64,000 nt of DNA from positions 434,001 to 498,000 of the forward strand of contig VJWM01000172.1 in the NCBI GenBank assembly GCA_010909165.1, given 5' to 3'. The notes beneath the pieces are model-generated. The model made no database searches. It saw only the letters and a program-made list of their open reading frames with translations, and was not told where the DNA came from. Positions 11,989 through 24,457 of this stretch are shown piece by piece. Numbering within the stretch: position 1 is the stretch's first letter; each line of letters starts with the position of its first letter. The position numbers and the translations under genes are program-made. This stretch comes from Anthoceros angustus (lineage: Eukaryota > Plantae > Anthocerotophyta).

Positions 11989-14900
11989 TGGAACGAAAAG
12001 TTTGGGCAACCAGCCCAAAAGAGCCAAGACAACAAGTTTGATTTTTTTTGGCTAAGAACGATTGAAGAGGAACATGCAAGAAAAACTTCAAGATCTTGAA
12101 CCGAGTCAGGAATATTGTTAGGAAGGCAAAAGGATATCCCAGAGGAAAAACGGTCGACCGACCCCGCACGAGGCGTGTCAAAGGTTGGTAGGTTGGCAGA
12201 TCACCACCGTAGGTGCCACACCACGCCGTAGTCGAGAAGGAGCATCAGGTAAGCGCGCATCATCAGGGTAGACCGACAAATCTCGCTAAAAGGAAATTTA
12301 GAATAGAGGGGATATCCACTATATATGCTCACCAATAGGGAATAAATATATAGAGTAATTAGAAGAGATTAATTAGGATAGCGAGATAGGAAAATAGGTA
12401 GTTTAGATAGAATTAGGATTTTGGAATGATGAACCCAATCTAGGGTTGCGCCCTGTGGCCATCCAAAGAGGCAAAGTGGTTTTGGGCCAACTTCCTCTTC
12501 GAAGAGGTAAACTCACGAAGAGTCGAGCTGGAGCGTAAGAGCAAGAGGAGAGAGAAGCCGCCATCGCCATCGCCGAGCGAGTGCGCGGAGAGAAGGCATC
12601 GAGCGAAGGAGAAAACCCTAGGCAAGGAGGCGCCGAGCATCAAGGAGGCGAGGTTGGAAAGGCAAGGGAAGGAAGAGGAGGCGAGGTTGGGGAGGAGGCG
12701 AGGTTGGGAGCGTGAGCGCACAAGTGAAGAAATTGAGAGGAAAAGGAAGAGGAGGCCACCGAGCCTAACGTGGAATTGTGTGTTGGAAGTGGTGGCCCGA
12801 GAAGAAGGAGTTTGGAAGAGTGAGCCAAATTGGGAAGTAATTTCCTTCCAAGCACTTGAAGGAAGGTGCCATGCCTCGAGGAAAGGCAAGGGAAGGAGCC
12901 GCCTGCAAGGGCTCCTCGCGAGGAGAAAGGAAAGAAAGAGCAGGGCTACGCCGCCAGAGGAGGTGAACTTGTGATGCCCCAATTCACTTGCTTTTGGGCA
13001 GCTCAACCCCGAGATTTGGTTGATTTTGCAAGTAGGAGGAGGAGAACATCCAATTGGGATGGGTGTATGGCCGCCAATGGGCCTACACCAATTTGGAATT
13101 GATTGAGGAGTGTTACATCAACCTCCATCAATCGGAGCCGCTGCCACGGAAGGAATGCTAGAACGGATCCCCGCTGGACCGTAAGTATTCGTGTGGAAGA
13201 CCGGAGGAAGAGAGCTCGAATTGCTCTCTCGAAAGGTCCAATGGAGGAAGAGGACCTCTCCGACATCCCGCAGAGTTCCTTGACATGATGGATGGAGGAG
13301 TGAAGGCCCACGCCAAGAATGGCGGAAGACCGAGAGCATCAAGGAGTCAAGTGGAGGCTCTTCGCAAAGATTGTGCCGGGGTAAATTACCAACGCACTTT
13401 ATTTCAAAGACCAACTTCCTCCAATTTTGTGGAAGATTTCCATGGGAGCCAAGCCGATTGGGGACTATCATGTATGAAGGCCTACATACACCATCGAGAA
13501 GCTCAAGCCAAATTCGGATGAGGAAGGCCAAGGCCATGCTACTTAGCACCTATTTGGTGCATTTATGGGAAACCGAGGGACTCTCACAAGCAAGGAGCTT
13601 GAAGATGCATGGCATCCCTTTGAGGTCATCCATCTCCACCGAGGTTGGAAAGGCCTTTGCCTTTGCATTGCGAAGACGGTGGGAGGTCGACTCCACAATG
13701 CTAGAAGCAAGAGGAGAAGATGAGGCAACAAAGTTGCCGAGTGGGAATCCTTTCCCACAGTGAGCAAGCAAGGGAGAAGAGCTGAAGGCCGAGAAGGCCG
13801 AATGGTGGTCTATGAGAGAAGGACCACAGTGAGGGGTGACAAGGAGTGGGGAGTCCCCACCATCTCCTTTGTGCCTACGAGAGAGGCACCCGGCTCACTC
13901 CCAGAGGAGGCGCCCACCCAAGGGGTGGCACAGGGGGGCCCCACCATGGTAGGTAGGCATCACAGGGGAGCACCACGTAGGTGCACCCCACCAGCCTACG
14001 GCGGTGGAAGGAGAAGGAAGAAGCGAGCGGCGCCGAGGCCACCATCTCCGCTACTGGTGGGAGAGCGGATGGAGCGACGGTGAAGGACCACGCCGATGGC
14101 CCGGGGTGCGGTGAGAGCTGGAAATTTCAAAGAAGAAGTGAGGGGTGGAATTAGGACCCTAGGAGAATTGCCGGAGCTTGTGAAGCACTCACCGTGTGGA
14201 TTTGAAGGGGCTAGGGACTAGCAGCCTCCTTGTGGGCATGCCAAGAGGAAGTGAAATCTCAAGACATGGCCGGAAGAAGGTGGACCAATGGCAATTGGAG
14301 GCCATGGAGTCCGATGAAAAGGCAGCCAAATTGGAAAAGGTCAGGAGAAGCTCCACGACCTCATAGAAGCCAGAAAGCCCTGAGGAAGGTCTGTCAAGAA
14401 AGAGCCATTCGCAACAACCCAAAAGGATTCTTGGAGGCAAAAGGCGGAAGAGCATTTTGCCCAATGAGCAAGAGAGGAAAGCAAGGCCGAGGCACTAGGA
14501 AGGAGAAGGTAACTCAAAGAAGTGGCCGCACATGAGCAGTGATGGCTACTCAAGCTATCAAAATCCGGATATGGGAGAGGAGTTGAGAAGGACCCAGACA
14601 TTTGGAAGAGGAGCGCCGAGCGAGAAGCACAAGACCAAGTGGAGCGGAGCGCGAAAGAATGCTTGGCAAGCGGAGAAGAGGGGCTTGCCCAAAGAATTAG
14701 CGACGAGGAACAAAGGAGGTCTCAGGAGGAGGAGCGCCACAAGAAGGTGGTGCATGCACGTGGGTAGTGAGGAAGCGGCGATTTTGGCATTATGCCCTTC
14801 GTGCAAAATTGGCCAGCCATAAAGGAAGTGAGGGAGGAGAATGTAACCTCCATGTCAAGGTGGGAGAATTAACCACAAGAGATGCCTACAAGGTAGGTGA

Positions 14901-17016
14901 GGATGGAGAGTGGCCCACGAGATTGATGATCTCCAAATGCAGATCACAACTTGGGGCTCACCTCCACAACAGATCTTGAAGGCCAACAACGAAGTCTTAC
15001 TTGGCCAAGAGGAGGACATTGGGTCCTCATGATGATGAGGGAGCCGCAACAAGTGCAGAGGCCTCCGATTTTGATGAGGCCATCACGAAATGGACTCGAG
15101 GAACTGAGGAGTCGAGGTGAAGGAGCCACCACACCAAAGGGAGACGGCGGAGAGCAAGGAGGGGGACACCGCAGGGGTCACCTACCACGGGGTGACCACC
15201 CTACCATGGTAGTCCGCCAGACTACCGTGGGGACACCCACGCCGTAGTCCGCGACCACCGGAGGCAGTGCCGCGCGCTGGGAGTTGGCCAAGCCCAATCA
15301 AGATGGAAAGCCGGGGTGCAGTATACCCCCGAGGAGCAGCTGGGGTGGTGGGAGACAACCCCACCGGAGGAAACTAAGGACGGGGTCCGACCTGAGGAAG
15401 GAAGGGTGAGGAATTTATCCCGAGTAAGGGAGGAACCGGACCCGAGGAGGAGTCCAAAAAAAGGGCCCGAGAGATTAGAAAAATCCGATGGTCGATGGGG
15501 ATGAAGTTCTTTATGATAGGTATGGACAACCAAACAAGGCAAGAGCAATGAAGATCCCGACCAAGAAACCCTCACCGAGCGAGGAGGAAGGAAGAAGGAA
15601 GGAGAAGGTGACCACCCTACCATGGTAGTCGCCTACCCTTAGTCCGCCGACTACCGCGTAGGGTGCGATGAACGGGCGACCAGCGACGGAGATGGAGAAG
15701 GGCGCCCAGGTGCGCGGAAGCGCGATTGCCGGAGGCAGAGGAATCAGACGCCGCCCGCTGGAGATGGAGGAAGGGCAAGATTGTACTTGCCCCACACATT
15801 AGGAAGCGACAAAGGCTGGGAAGGGCAAGAGCAAAAGGAGGGCGAGGGAGCCAATCCACCACATGTCCCCACCCCAGGGTGAAGACTAGATATGGTCAAG
15901 GGCCATAAATGCTAGGTAGAAGAATAGGAAGGTGTGTGTAACCCGACATCCTTCGAGGATAGACTTAGGTGAAGTTGCTAGAATAGGATTTACCAAGAAA
16001 TGCATAATAGATTTAGGTGCCGTATTAAATGTCATGTAGGGAAAAGGTGACCGCAGAGGGTCACCCAAGGGAGGTTGTATGTGGAAGGCCTCCTATAAGA
16101 GGAGGAGGATTTCACAAAGTAAAGTATCATGTCTTGCGCCCACGCCCATCGAGTCCTTTGCCATTACAGAGGAATTTCGTGTACCGTGAGCCAACAGTCA
16201 TTCGTAGAGAGGAAGTCATGGTCTGAGTGTTGGTGGAGGACTTGCTCGCAAGTGCCTAAACGAGTTGCTCCCTTGTGAATGGTTGCTGAAATTGCTTTGC
16301 TTTGGGTGTGTGGCAAATGCCGAGAACTCTCGGCTTGAGGGTAGACTGTGGAAAGACTCGGAGGTTCTCACCGTGTCAAACTCATAGCAACCGCCCAAGG
16401 AAGAACTTGCCGGTGGAGGCGACCCTGTGCCAGCTGTAAGGGCGAGTCGAAACCAAGAAGCCCGAATCGAGGTTAGACTAGGAGGAAGAGGATGAGGAGA
16501 TGAGAAGATGAGTAGAGGATTAGAGGTGTAGGTGTTAGTGGAAGGCCACAGAGCCTAAGGGACGAATCCCAACTGCAAGTAAGAGCGCCCCGAGTGGAGA
16601 AGTTTGGTCTTAGAAGTAGGGACGAATCGCTGTGAACTGGGGTCCCCGGCGCCTGGTAGGCTCTTGTCACGAGGTGACCGCAATTGTGTTGTGTCCAGGT
16701 CAAGTTTGGTCTTAGAAGTAGGGACGAAATCGCTGTGAACTGGGGTCCCCGGCGCCCGTGGTAGGCTCGCCGAGGTGACCCGCAATTGTTTTGTGTCGCT
16801 AGGGTCGAGGGTTGGCGATTTTCGCAAAGGTGCGGTGCCGAGAGGGAGAGTAGGGCGCCTTGCTTGTTTAGAAGGCCGAGAGTGTGTGTGTAGCGATTGG
16901 TGACCACAAGGCCTCGAACTTTCACACAAGTCTCATGGGACGAAACCCAACGCACGGGCGATGGATAAGTGTGGCCGCTTATAGTGGGAGTGACCGGAGT
17001 GCTGCTCCCTACCACA
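11989..17016. mobile_element. Unclassified ~5.0-kb insertion (TE-like, purine-rich + strand, frameshifted charged ORFs)
   Basis: The unit sequence agagcgcgtcc is split around it; possible TG..CA ends; no RT, INT or transposase motif recognised. Confidence 0.6.
16600..16797 (+). repeat. Two tandem ~102-bp direct repeats inside the 5-kb insert
   Basis: aagtttggtcttagaagtagggacgaa..gaggtgacc..gcaattgt..tgtgtc at 16600 and 16702. Confidence 0.9.
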
Positions 17017-18626
17017 CGCGTCTGGGCTAGTCATGAGACTAGGCAGCATAGAGATGAAGAGGCGCCGATGGCGCCGAGAGATGAGCGATGGCCTGCAGAA
17101 GGCCGACGCCGCAGAAGGAGCTGGTTTTGCAAGCCAGAGGCGGTCGTGGCGAGACATCCCTAGTGGGCAAACCAGAGGGACGGCGAGGTGTACATGGGAA
17201 GAGGAGGTGAGCGTGAAGGACTCCCATGTCCACCAGATTTGCTAAACGGTGAGGTACTAAGATTCTTAGAGCACGGATCATGCCTAATGGTTTGTCAAGG
17301 GAAGGGCGTGCTGTTGTTCCTTACAAAACCGCCTATTGTCTCGAGATGGGGTCTCATACAAGCTTGGTCCGATGGGAAGATCCGAGGTTGTTTGGAAGAG
17401 AAGGAAGCTACTCATCATAGAAGCTTTGCATGCGTAAGAGGCCGAGGCCATTATTTGGTACAAATTACGATGAAGGAGATCCTAGATGCGGGGTTTTGGT
17501 GGGCCACGATGCGAGGGATGTGGGATTTTGTTCTGAGGTGTGATGCATTCCAACGGGGTTGGGAGGCCGACTTTGTCAACACAATGGCCTCATACTTATA
17601 TCCTACCTTTGGCACCTTTTAGAAAATTGCTGGGGTACTTTGTGGGTCCCATCAGCCGCCCACAAAATGGACAAGGCAGCAATATATTTTGGTGGATACG
17701 ACTGGACCATATCAAAATGGCAGAGGCCAAGCAAATAAGGAAGGATGATGCACCAAGAGGTGGCAAAGTTTCTCTTTGAGAACATCAGAACGCCTCCAAG
17801 CCATTTATAGGGGAACTCATTTTCTCAACTCGGTGATTGAGTCTTTTACCTCCTACCTCAATATCCGCATCGAAAGACAACTCCTTACAATCCCAAGGCA
17901 AATGGTCTAATTTGGAGAACACGTAATGGTTTGTTGTGTACAATCTTGACCAAGGTAACCGCCACTCACATGTATGATTGGGACACCAAATTGCATCTGG
18001 GCCAGGGCGTATAAAGGGAGAAGGTGACCACCAAGAAGACTCCTATTATTTAACGACGATGAAGAGGGGCACGATGTCGGGTTGTTCGTATCCTCCCCTT
18101 CGAATTTACGCCAAACCTCAACTCCTCATGAGTTTGGATGCACAATCTTAATGTACTTCTATTGATCCTATGTCACTTGTAATATATGGAGGAAGTCACA
18201 CACATGGTGTTTGACTGAGGATGAACTAGCTGGGACTCCGTGGAGACAAGAGATCCACTTGCACGCAAGCCGTGATCCAGTATCATATCGAGCCACTTGA
18301 TTTGTGAAATCATTTGAGTAATCCGTTCGACCCATGGCAAATATCCGGAACGTTCCAAGCGCTTCAAAAACTTCGCATCGAATCACTTGAGTTGCCAAAG
18401 TGCCCAGTAATCCACGATCCATCACAAAATAAGGAATGAGCTATGCATTTATAGTTGAAACTTGGCAAATATAGACTTGAAGTATTTTGGTTTTGCCCTC
18501 AGCGATATATTATGAATTATCGATAAGTTTTTTTTATTTTGTTAGTAAATTATAGTATATTTAATATTGATATTATAACAAAAACATCATCATAAACATC
18601 ACAAAAAATATTTCCAAGAGATATTG

Positions 18627-18771
18627 TGTCAAGTTCTAAGAAGAACATGGTTGAATTGATTTTCAGGAAAATACAACAAGGGTTTTAAAAGTGTTTTTCC
18701 TGAAACGTCATGACTATTCGCTAAATGGCTATTCGACTGACATGTGAAACGCTAATAATCGGTTTTCAACA
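18627..18771 (-). repeat. Copia 3' LTR (145 bp)
   Basis: tgtcaagttc...ttttcaaca; its first 80 nt on the + strand are identical to the other LTR. Confidence 0.9.
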
Positions 18772-19099
18772 CGCCCGAAGTTTAATCATTAGACAACGCG
18801 AGAGCGAATGAGAGAAACACTATTAACGCAGTGTGTCTGCCATCGCAATAATATACATCCTTCACCACACTAAAGAATGCGCTGCACGACGCAACTACAT
18901 CTTCGAAACACAAAGATAATGGAGAAGACGCATGATGGAGCAGAGATGGACAGCTGGATGGGAATCCAAATTGATGTGCATGTTGTAAAGCGGGAAAACT
19001 AATCATAGTTAAAACTGGAAGAGCAACTCAAACAAGAAATCAAGCAAGCAGCAGGATGTCTAAAGACGCCAAGCATGTAACACCGAGGACCCAGAAGAT

Positions 19100-22000
19100 T
19101 TTATCTACAGAGAGCTTCATCCGCCAAAGTCTGCAGTCACATAGCTGTCCAGTTATTATTGCGAGAGAAATCACAGTAGCCATATACAATATGTAGAGAG
19201 GAAGGCAGAAATTTTGTGAGCAGATCAGCAGGATTCTCCTCTGTAGGTATATACTCAATTTGTACTGCCTTCTCTTGCACAGAGTGGCGAATAAAATGGT
19301 GATGCACCTCGATGTGCTTAGTTCTCGCGTGAAATCGCGGATTGGCAGTCATAGCAATCGTGGACATATTGTCACACGAGATCACAGTGGGTTGAGATGG
19401 CAGAAACCCTAAACCAGAAGCTACGTTTAAATGGCCTCCTTAGATTTCCGGTCAAGGATTTTGCATTAGTCGAGAGGGCAACACTAGCTTGTTTCTTTGA
19501 CGTGATGCGCAATGACGGCAAAAGCGATTATCGAGGAGATGCTTGACGAGCATCGGGGATCGTGGTCGGCGCCAGCAAAACCACAGCACGATCCCGAGAT
19601 CGCCTTCCCAGCGGGCCCATATCTGAGTGCCTGGATGTGAAAATCACGTTTACACCCTCCAGTGCTCTTTTCCAGGATTGTCCATAAATTGAGAAACAAC
19701 ATACCAATCTGTATAAAGGCGAGTCCAAGGTGATGTAATTGAGACATATCTATGGCGATGGGCACCTTTGGAGACATAGCTTGCCGATCGGCATCGGTTA
19801 GGGGCATGCTGACTTAATCTAGGCTAGTAAGCAGCCAAGAATCAAGATAGAAATCGTCAAGAGTCTATGTATACTTAGCACGATGGAGAAAATGGTATAC
19901 GAGGTGGCTCACGAATCAACTGTACCCCCAAAACGAAAGTAAGTGGACCGATGTCTTTCATGTCATATTTGCTGTGCAACATCTGCTTCACCCAAGCTAG
20001 GAGTTCAGGGTTATTTGAAGCCAGAATAGCATCATCGACGTACAACGCCAAAATTACCAGTTTACCATCCTAGGAGTACAAGTAGACATTAGCATCACCG
20101 AGTTGCTTCAGTGGACTTAAGGTATTTGTCGATGGCCTTATACTCTTTGCCTGCTTTCGCAGCTAGATGGTTTCTTTAGCCAGAAAGCATTCACGGTGTT
20201 GGGATCCACAGCCCTCGCCGCATGTAAATATCCTCTTCTAACTAAACCATACGGGAATCGTCAGAGGGCTCCATTTGTTGAAGATCCCATTCATAGGCAG
20301 CAGCAAGAGCAATGATCATGCGTATGGATTGGGTTTTCACCGGACTAAAGGTTTCAGTAAAGTCCACACCAGGAATTTGGGTAAACCCACGAGCAACAAG
20401 GCGAGACTTGTATCTGAAAATCTGGCCTTCAGCGTTGAGTTTGTGTTTAAATACCCACTTGCAGCTAATAACTTTTCTGCCTGCTGGAAGAGGACAGAGC
20501 TCCCAAGTGGAATTCTTGATGAGTGAATTATATTCATCTTGAATGGACGGCTGCCAGTGATGTTTATCAGGTCCTGTAATGGCTTCAGTATATGTACGAG
20601 GTTCAGGCTTAGAAAAGAGTTGCTCAGCAGAATCCAGTAGAGCAACACCAGCTCTTGAACGACGAAAATCAATTGAGGCATAGGGTGGCTCCACCCACTC
20701 TGAAGGCGGTGGGTGGTCATAGCGAGGTATCTTGATTGATGGCAGGGAGGTGGTGTAATAATTACGCAGAACCTTGCATGGAGGCTCCTCAGGATGGCTC
20801 GTGGAGGAACATCTGAATGGTCATCAGATGTGGAGGATGAGGTAGGTATACCCGTCTCGGCTTGATTTTGCTCAGATGCATGTGACTGATCTAAAACATC
20901 AGCCATGCCAACTTGGGAACCAGCTTCCCTTTCTAATTGTGGTAAGTGAGTGGAGTCCTGCTCTTCAGAGAAAACTGCAGATGTATAAGGCCCCAAGGGA
21001 CCAGGCACTGAAATAGCAGGGGAATCATCTGAAGGATACTCTGAAACATCTTCATCATCAAAGGCATCGATATGTTCAACAAAAGAGATCAAGTTATGGG
21101 CAGAATCAGCAAGGCTTTAAGCAGAAGCACGAGCAAGGACTTTTGAAGGTTACACTTTGCCTCCACACAACGGCCTTCTTGGAAAAGGTATCAGGAGGCA
21201 GCGCTCTGTAGGCTTTCTCACCGTCAAAGCTTCTCCATATCTCTTGAGGCTAAATACAAGTGGCTTCGGCCTCCGCTTACAACATTTCCCCTTCCGCTTG
21301 TCCTTGGAATGTAGGCCCCAAGTTAAGAACCGTAAGACACGAAGGTGGAGGAGACTAGGGCTTTCGCTTCCGGCAGACAACCCATTCAAAGGTGTCCTTT
21401 ACCCTCACTGCTTTGTTAATGTATCGATTGATACAGCGTAGGTTGAGGTTACACAACGCCTTCGCCCAAAAAAGCTTTTACCTCAACTCGACCACTCAAG
21501 CATACCCTTTCGGTACTCCGTGACTCAAGCAGCCCTCGAGCTCTCCGGATTTTCAAGTTCATCAAGCGACCTGCCTGAAGCCGGCCTAGCAGGGAATTGA
21601 CCAATCAATCACTGAAGGACATGCGTCGTGGACTGCAGAAGGAACTATGGGCGAGAGGCATTAACTTTGTTCCCGGTTGTTTGATCGAAGAGAGGCACTT
21701 CAAGGAACACTACAACCTGGGCTTTGCTTCAACAACGTTCCATGTAGCCTACCCTTAAATATTATCGGCCTTTACGCTATCTGGGACTATCAAACCGAAG
21801 GGGTAAGTCCATGAATACCTGCTATAATCATCCCAAGTGTGGAAGTAGAATTATCCAGTCTTCCCAACCAGGGAATATGTATATCTTAACAGAGCATATC
21901 CCAAGCGATGCACCAGGGTCCTTCTAACTATAAGCGGCCACCCTTGTCAACGATGAGCAACCCCGATGTCCCAGGGGTGAGCCCCATGAGACTTGTTTAG

Positions 22001-22620
22001 CAACTACGCATGCGTCACACAAAGGAAGATCGTTACGGAACACATTTTTATGTGGGTTCAACCATAGCAAGTAAGGGGCACCCACTAGCTCATCGCCTTT
22101 TACTGGGCCACACTACAAGTAGCATGACCTAATCTGGCATGCCTACAACGACCTGCAATAGCAGTGCGAGAGACTTTCAGCGTGAGGAGCCTAATCCACA
22201 GTTGCGCCCGTCGGACCTATCCGTAAAGATCATGCACCACTTCACATCGCTAAGACCTCTTGTCTATTTCGACCTTTTACTAAATGACACAACACAGTGC
22301 GGAGGTCACGGAGCAAAGGAAGTATGTGCCAAGTCGATGTAAGGATAGAAGTCAAGTAAAGGAGATTCTAGGCCATGAGGAACATGCAACACATGATCCA
22401 AATGAAGGACTGAGCCATCAAGAAGACGAAACGGGCGCCACTTCTCGATGGATGTTCTTCAGGTGATTCATCACCCAAGAGGACCTTATCTCGTGAAGAT
22501 GAGGACCGGTAGTGAGTAAATAGCGATTTATCATTGCAAATGTGTGACGTTGCACCTGAATCTAGGTACCAAACGTGTAGAAGAGATGGGAGAGAAGAGG
22601 CCAGGCAAGCCGTCATCACA
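19100..22620 (-). pseudogene. pol: Copia pol: PR, INT (core garbled), RT, RNase H
   Basis: WYLDSGATSHICND (PR); HARLGH ~22125-22145; PSL.HLRV (INT C-term); WELCPLPAGRKVISCKWVFK..YKSRLVARGFTQIPGVDF.ETFSP (RT); LYVDD ~20035-20050; CDN.STIA..NP.FHARTKHIEV.HHFIR..NPADLLTK (RH). Confidence 0.92.
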
Positions 22621-22699
22621 ACGGGAGGTTTGCTGGAGAGGGAAGAAGAACGACCCGTTGCAAGGTATCGTGAGTTTCAAACTAAAGGTGCTCTCAACC

Positions 22700-23530
22700 G
22701 ACGGGCTATTTCTCCTACATTCTCTTCCTTCCTTGATACCGCACTTGCATGCACCCAGCTTGGAAGTTGAGGGTTCAAGTTGAAGCACTGTGTGAAAATC
22801 GGCAGTGTTCTGTTTCAGATATGAATGTGTCAAGTTTTGTACCGCCCCTGTAGCCGGGAACTCACTACGGCTTCTCTTGGCAAAGAAAGCACCCACCACA
22901 CTGCTGAAATTACGCAGGGGAGACCTAAGGCAACAGCCCGTCCACTGAGGGTAGATCCACAGCTGAAACGGCTGGTAGCCAGAGGCATCAGAAGTAATCG
23001 GATAAACAACATCCAAACGGAAACGATGAACCTGTATGGATCAATTGTCTCAAGTCGACTAAACAAGAATGTGGTGAGACTTTTCTCCTCTTTGAGTCGA
23101 GAGAAAGAGTCGCCTCACAAAGACACATGGTGAGAATGTTCTTTACTTCATAAGTTTGCAGCAGTTGATTCCATATGTCCTCAGCCTTAGAAATAAATGC
23201 CACATCTGGGAGGAGAACTTCATCGAGACCACTGATCAATACCGCACGAGCGACACTATTCAGGTTCTCCCACCTTAATTTCTCTTCTGATGTGGAAGTT
23301 ATGGACGGCCTCGTAATTGTTCCATCTACCACACCCCACACATGCCTTGCTTGCAGGGCTGCAGTCATACGAACACGCCAGCTTTCAAACTTGGTACCAT
23401 TGAAGCGATCACGCTCTTTGAATTCAGCAATATGGGAGGCTGAAAGATGAGGGAGCCTGAGGGGAGAACTGCCCTGAGGCCTGTGCCCCGCCACCACCTT
23501 CTCCAAAGCCTCCGCCCCGATCGAGACCAC
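22700..23530 (-). pseudogene. gag: Copia gag (frameshifted as given)
   Basis: FNGTKFESWRVRMTAALQARHVWGVVDG..ARAVLISGL..KAEDIWNQL; degenerate zinc knuckle CKCGIKEG near 22720-22755. Confidence 0.85.
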
Positions 23531-24284
23531 TTTGCCCTCGCCGCTTGGCCGATCGACATCGCACCGATTGTTAATCTGAGGGAGTAAAATGGGAGGTATG
23601 TCGATTGATCAGGCCGACAACCTCACATTGATCACCTCAGAGAGAAACAATCAGAAACATGGGATCAACAGCGCCAGAAAAACGGCAGATGTGCAAAACC
23701 GTCTTCGGGGAGGAATTAGCTGCAGGCGATCAGCAATCGCATGAAGCTAACCTTCTCGCTTGACGACTTCGTGATCCGCAAGACGGAGGGTTTTCATTCA
23801 TGAATTCGTGGATCGTGTGAGTTTGACCAAACCGTCGACGGTTGGAAGTCTGCAAGGAGGGAGCATCCAACAACGACACCAGCAAGCAAGAAGGCGCGTT
23901 CTCCAGAAAGCATCTTCGGAAATCTAGATGCCGAGACTGAAGAGAATTCCTCAAACGTCTGTCATGAAATCCAGCATGAAGTTGAGAACGGCTGCAGATC
24001 AGAGTGCAAATCGCCTTGACCCGCTTTGCGACAAAAAACGCAGCACAGACGGGCGCCTTGCTTGGCCGTTCGTTCTTGATGTCATGTCAGAAAGAACCAA
24101 CCGCCTTCGGGTTCATTCGAACGAAGCACATCCTCACCGCCGCGGTCGAAACGAGAACATTGTCTGGTCCCCTTTTGCACTATGTGCTCTCCTGAAGAGA
24201 GCGGCTAGGACCAGAGATTGTATGAGTGCCTTGTCTTCATTGTTATTGTAGCGGAAGGTGATAAAAGATTCAAGGATCAGATGA

Positions 24285-24296
24285 GCTCTGATACCA
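24285..24296 (-). promoter_or_regulatory. Primer-binding site for initiator tRNA-Met
   Basis: gctctgatacca is the reverse complement of TGGTATCAGAGC and directly abuts the LTR. Confidence 0.95.
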
Positions 24297-24457
24297 TGTC
24301 AAGTTCTAAGAAGAACATGGTTGAATTGATTTTCAGGAAAATACAACAAGGGTTTTAAAAGTGTTTTTCCTGAAACCCATGACTATTCAATGGCTACCCG
24401 CTTAATTCCGCTTACATGCGAAACGCCAGTCCCTAATCTGGGTTTATTTCTGCAACA
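24297..24457 (-). repeat. Copia 5' LTR (161 bp)
   Basis: tgtcaagttc...tgcaaca, adjacent to the PBS. Confidence 0.9.

Larger units (their letters stand above)
9789..18107 (+). pseudogene. pol: Decayed Gypsy pol, unit 3, interrupted by 5-kb insert
   Basis: Same RH and INT motifs (GHYLVQITMKEILDAGFWW..CDAFQR); the unit sequence stops at ~11988 and resumes at ~17017. Confidence 0.9.
18627..24457 (-). mobile_element. Full-length Ty1/Copia LTR retrotransposon (~5.8 kb, short LTRs)
   Basis: TG..CA LTRs at both ends; 5-bp TSD TATTG (18622-18626, 24458-24462); Met PBS; gag-PR-INT-RT-RH order on the minus strand. Confidence 0.95.

Noticed and set aside
16968-21940. 14-nt match ctataagcggccac between the 5-kb insert (minus strand) and the Copia interior
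   Set aside because: Matches of this length are expected by chance in a window this size.
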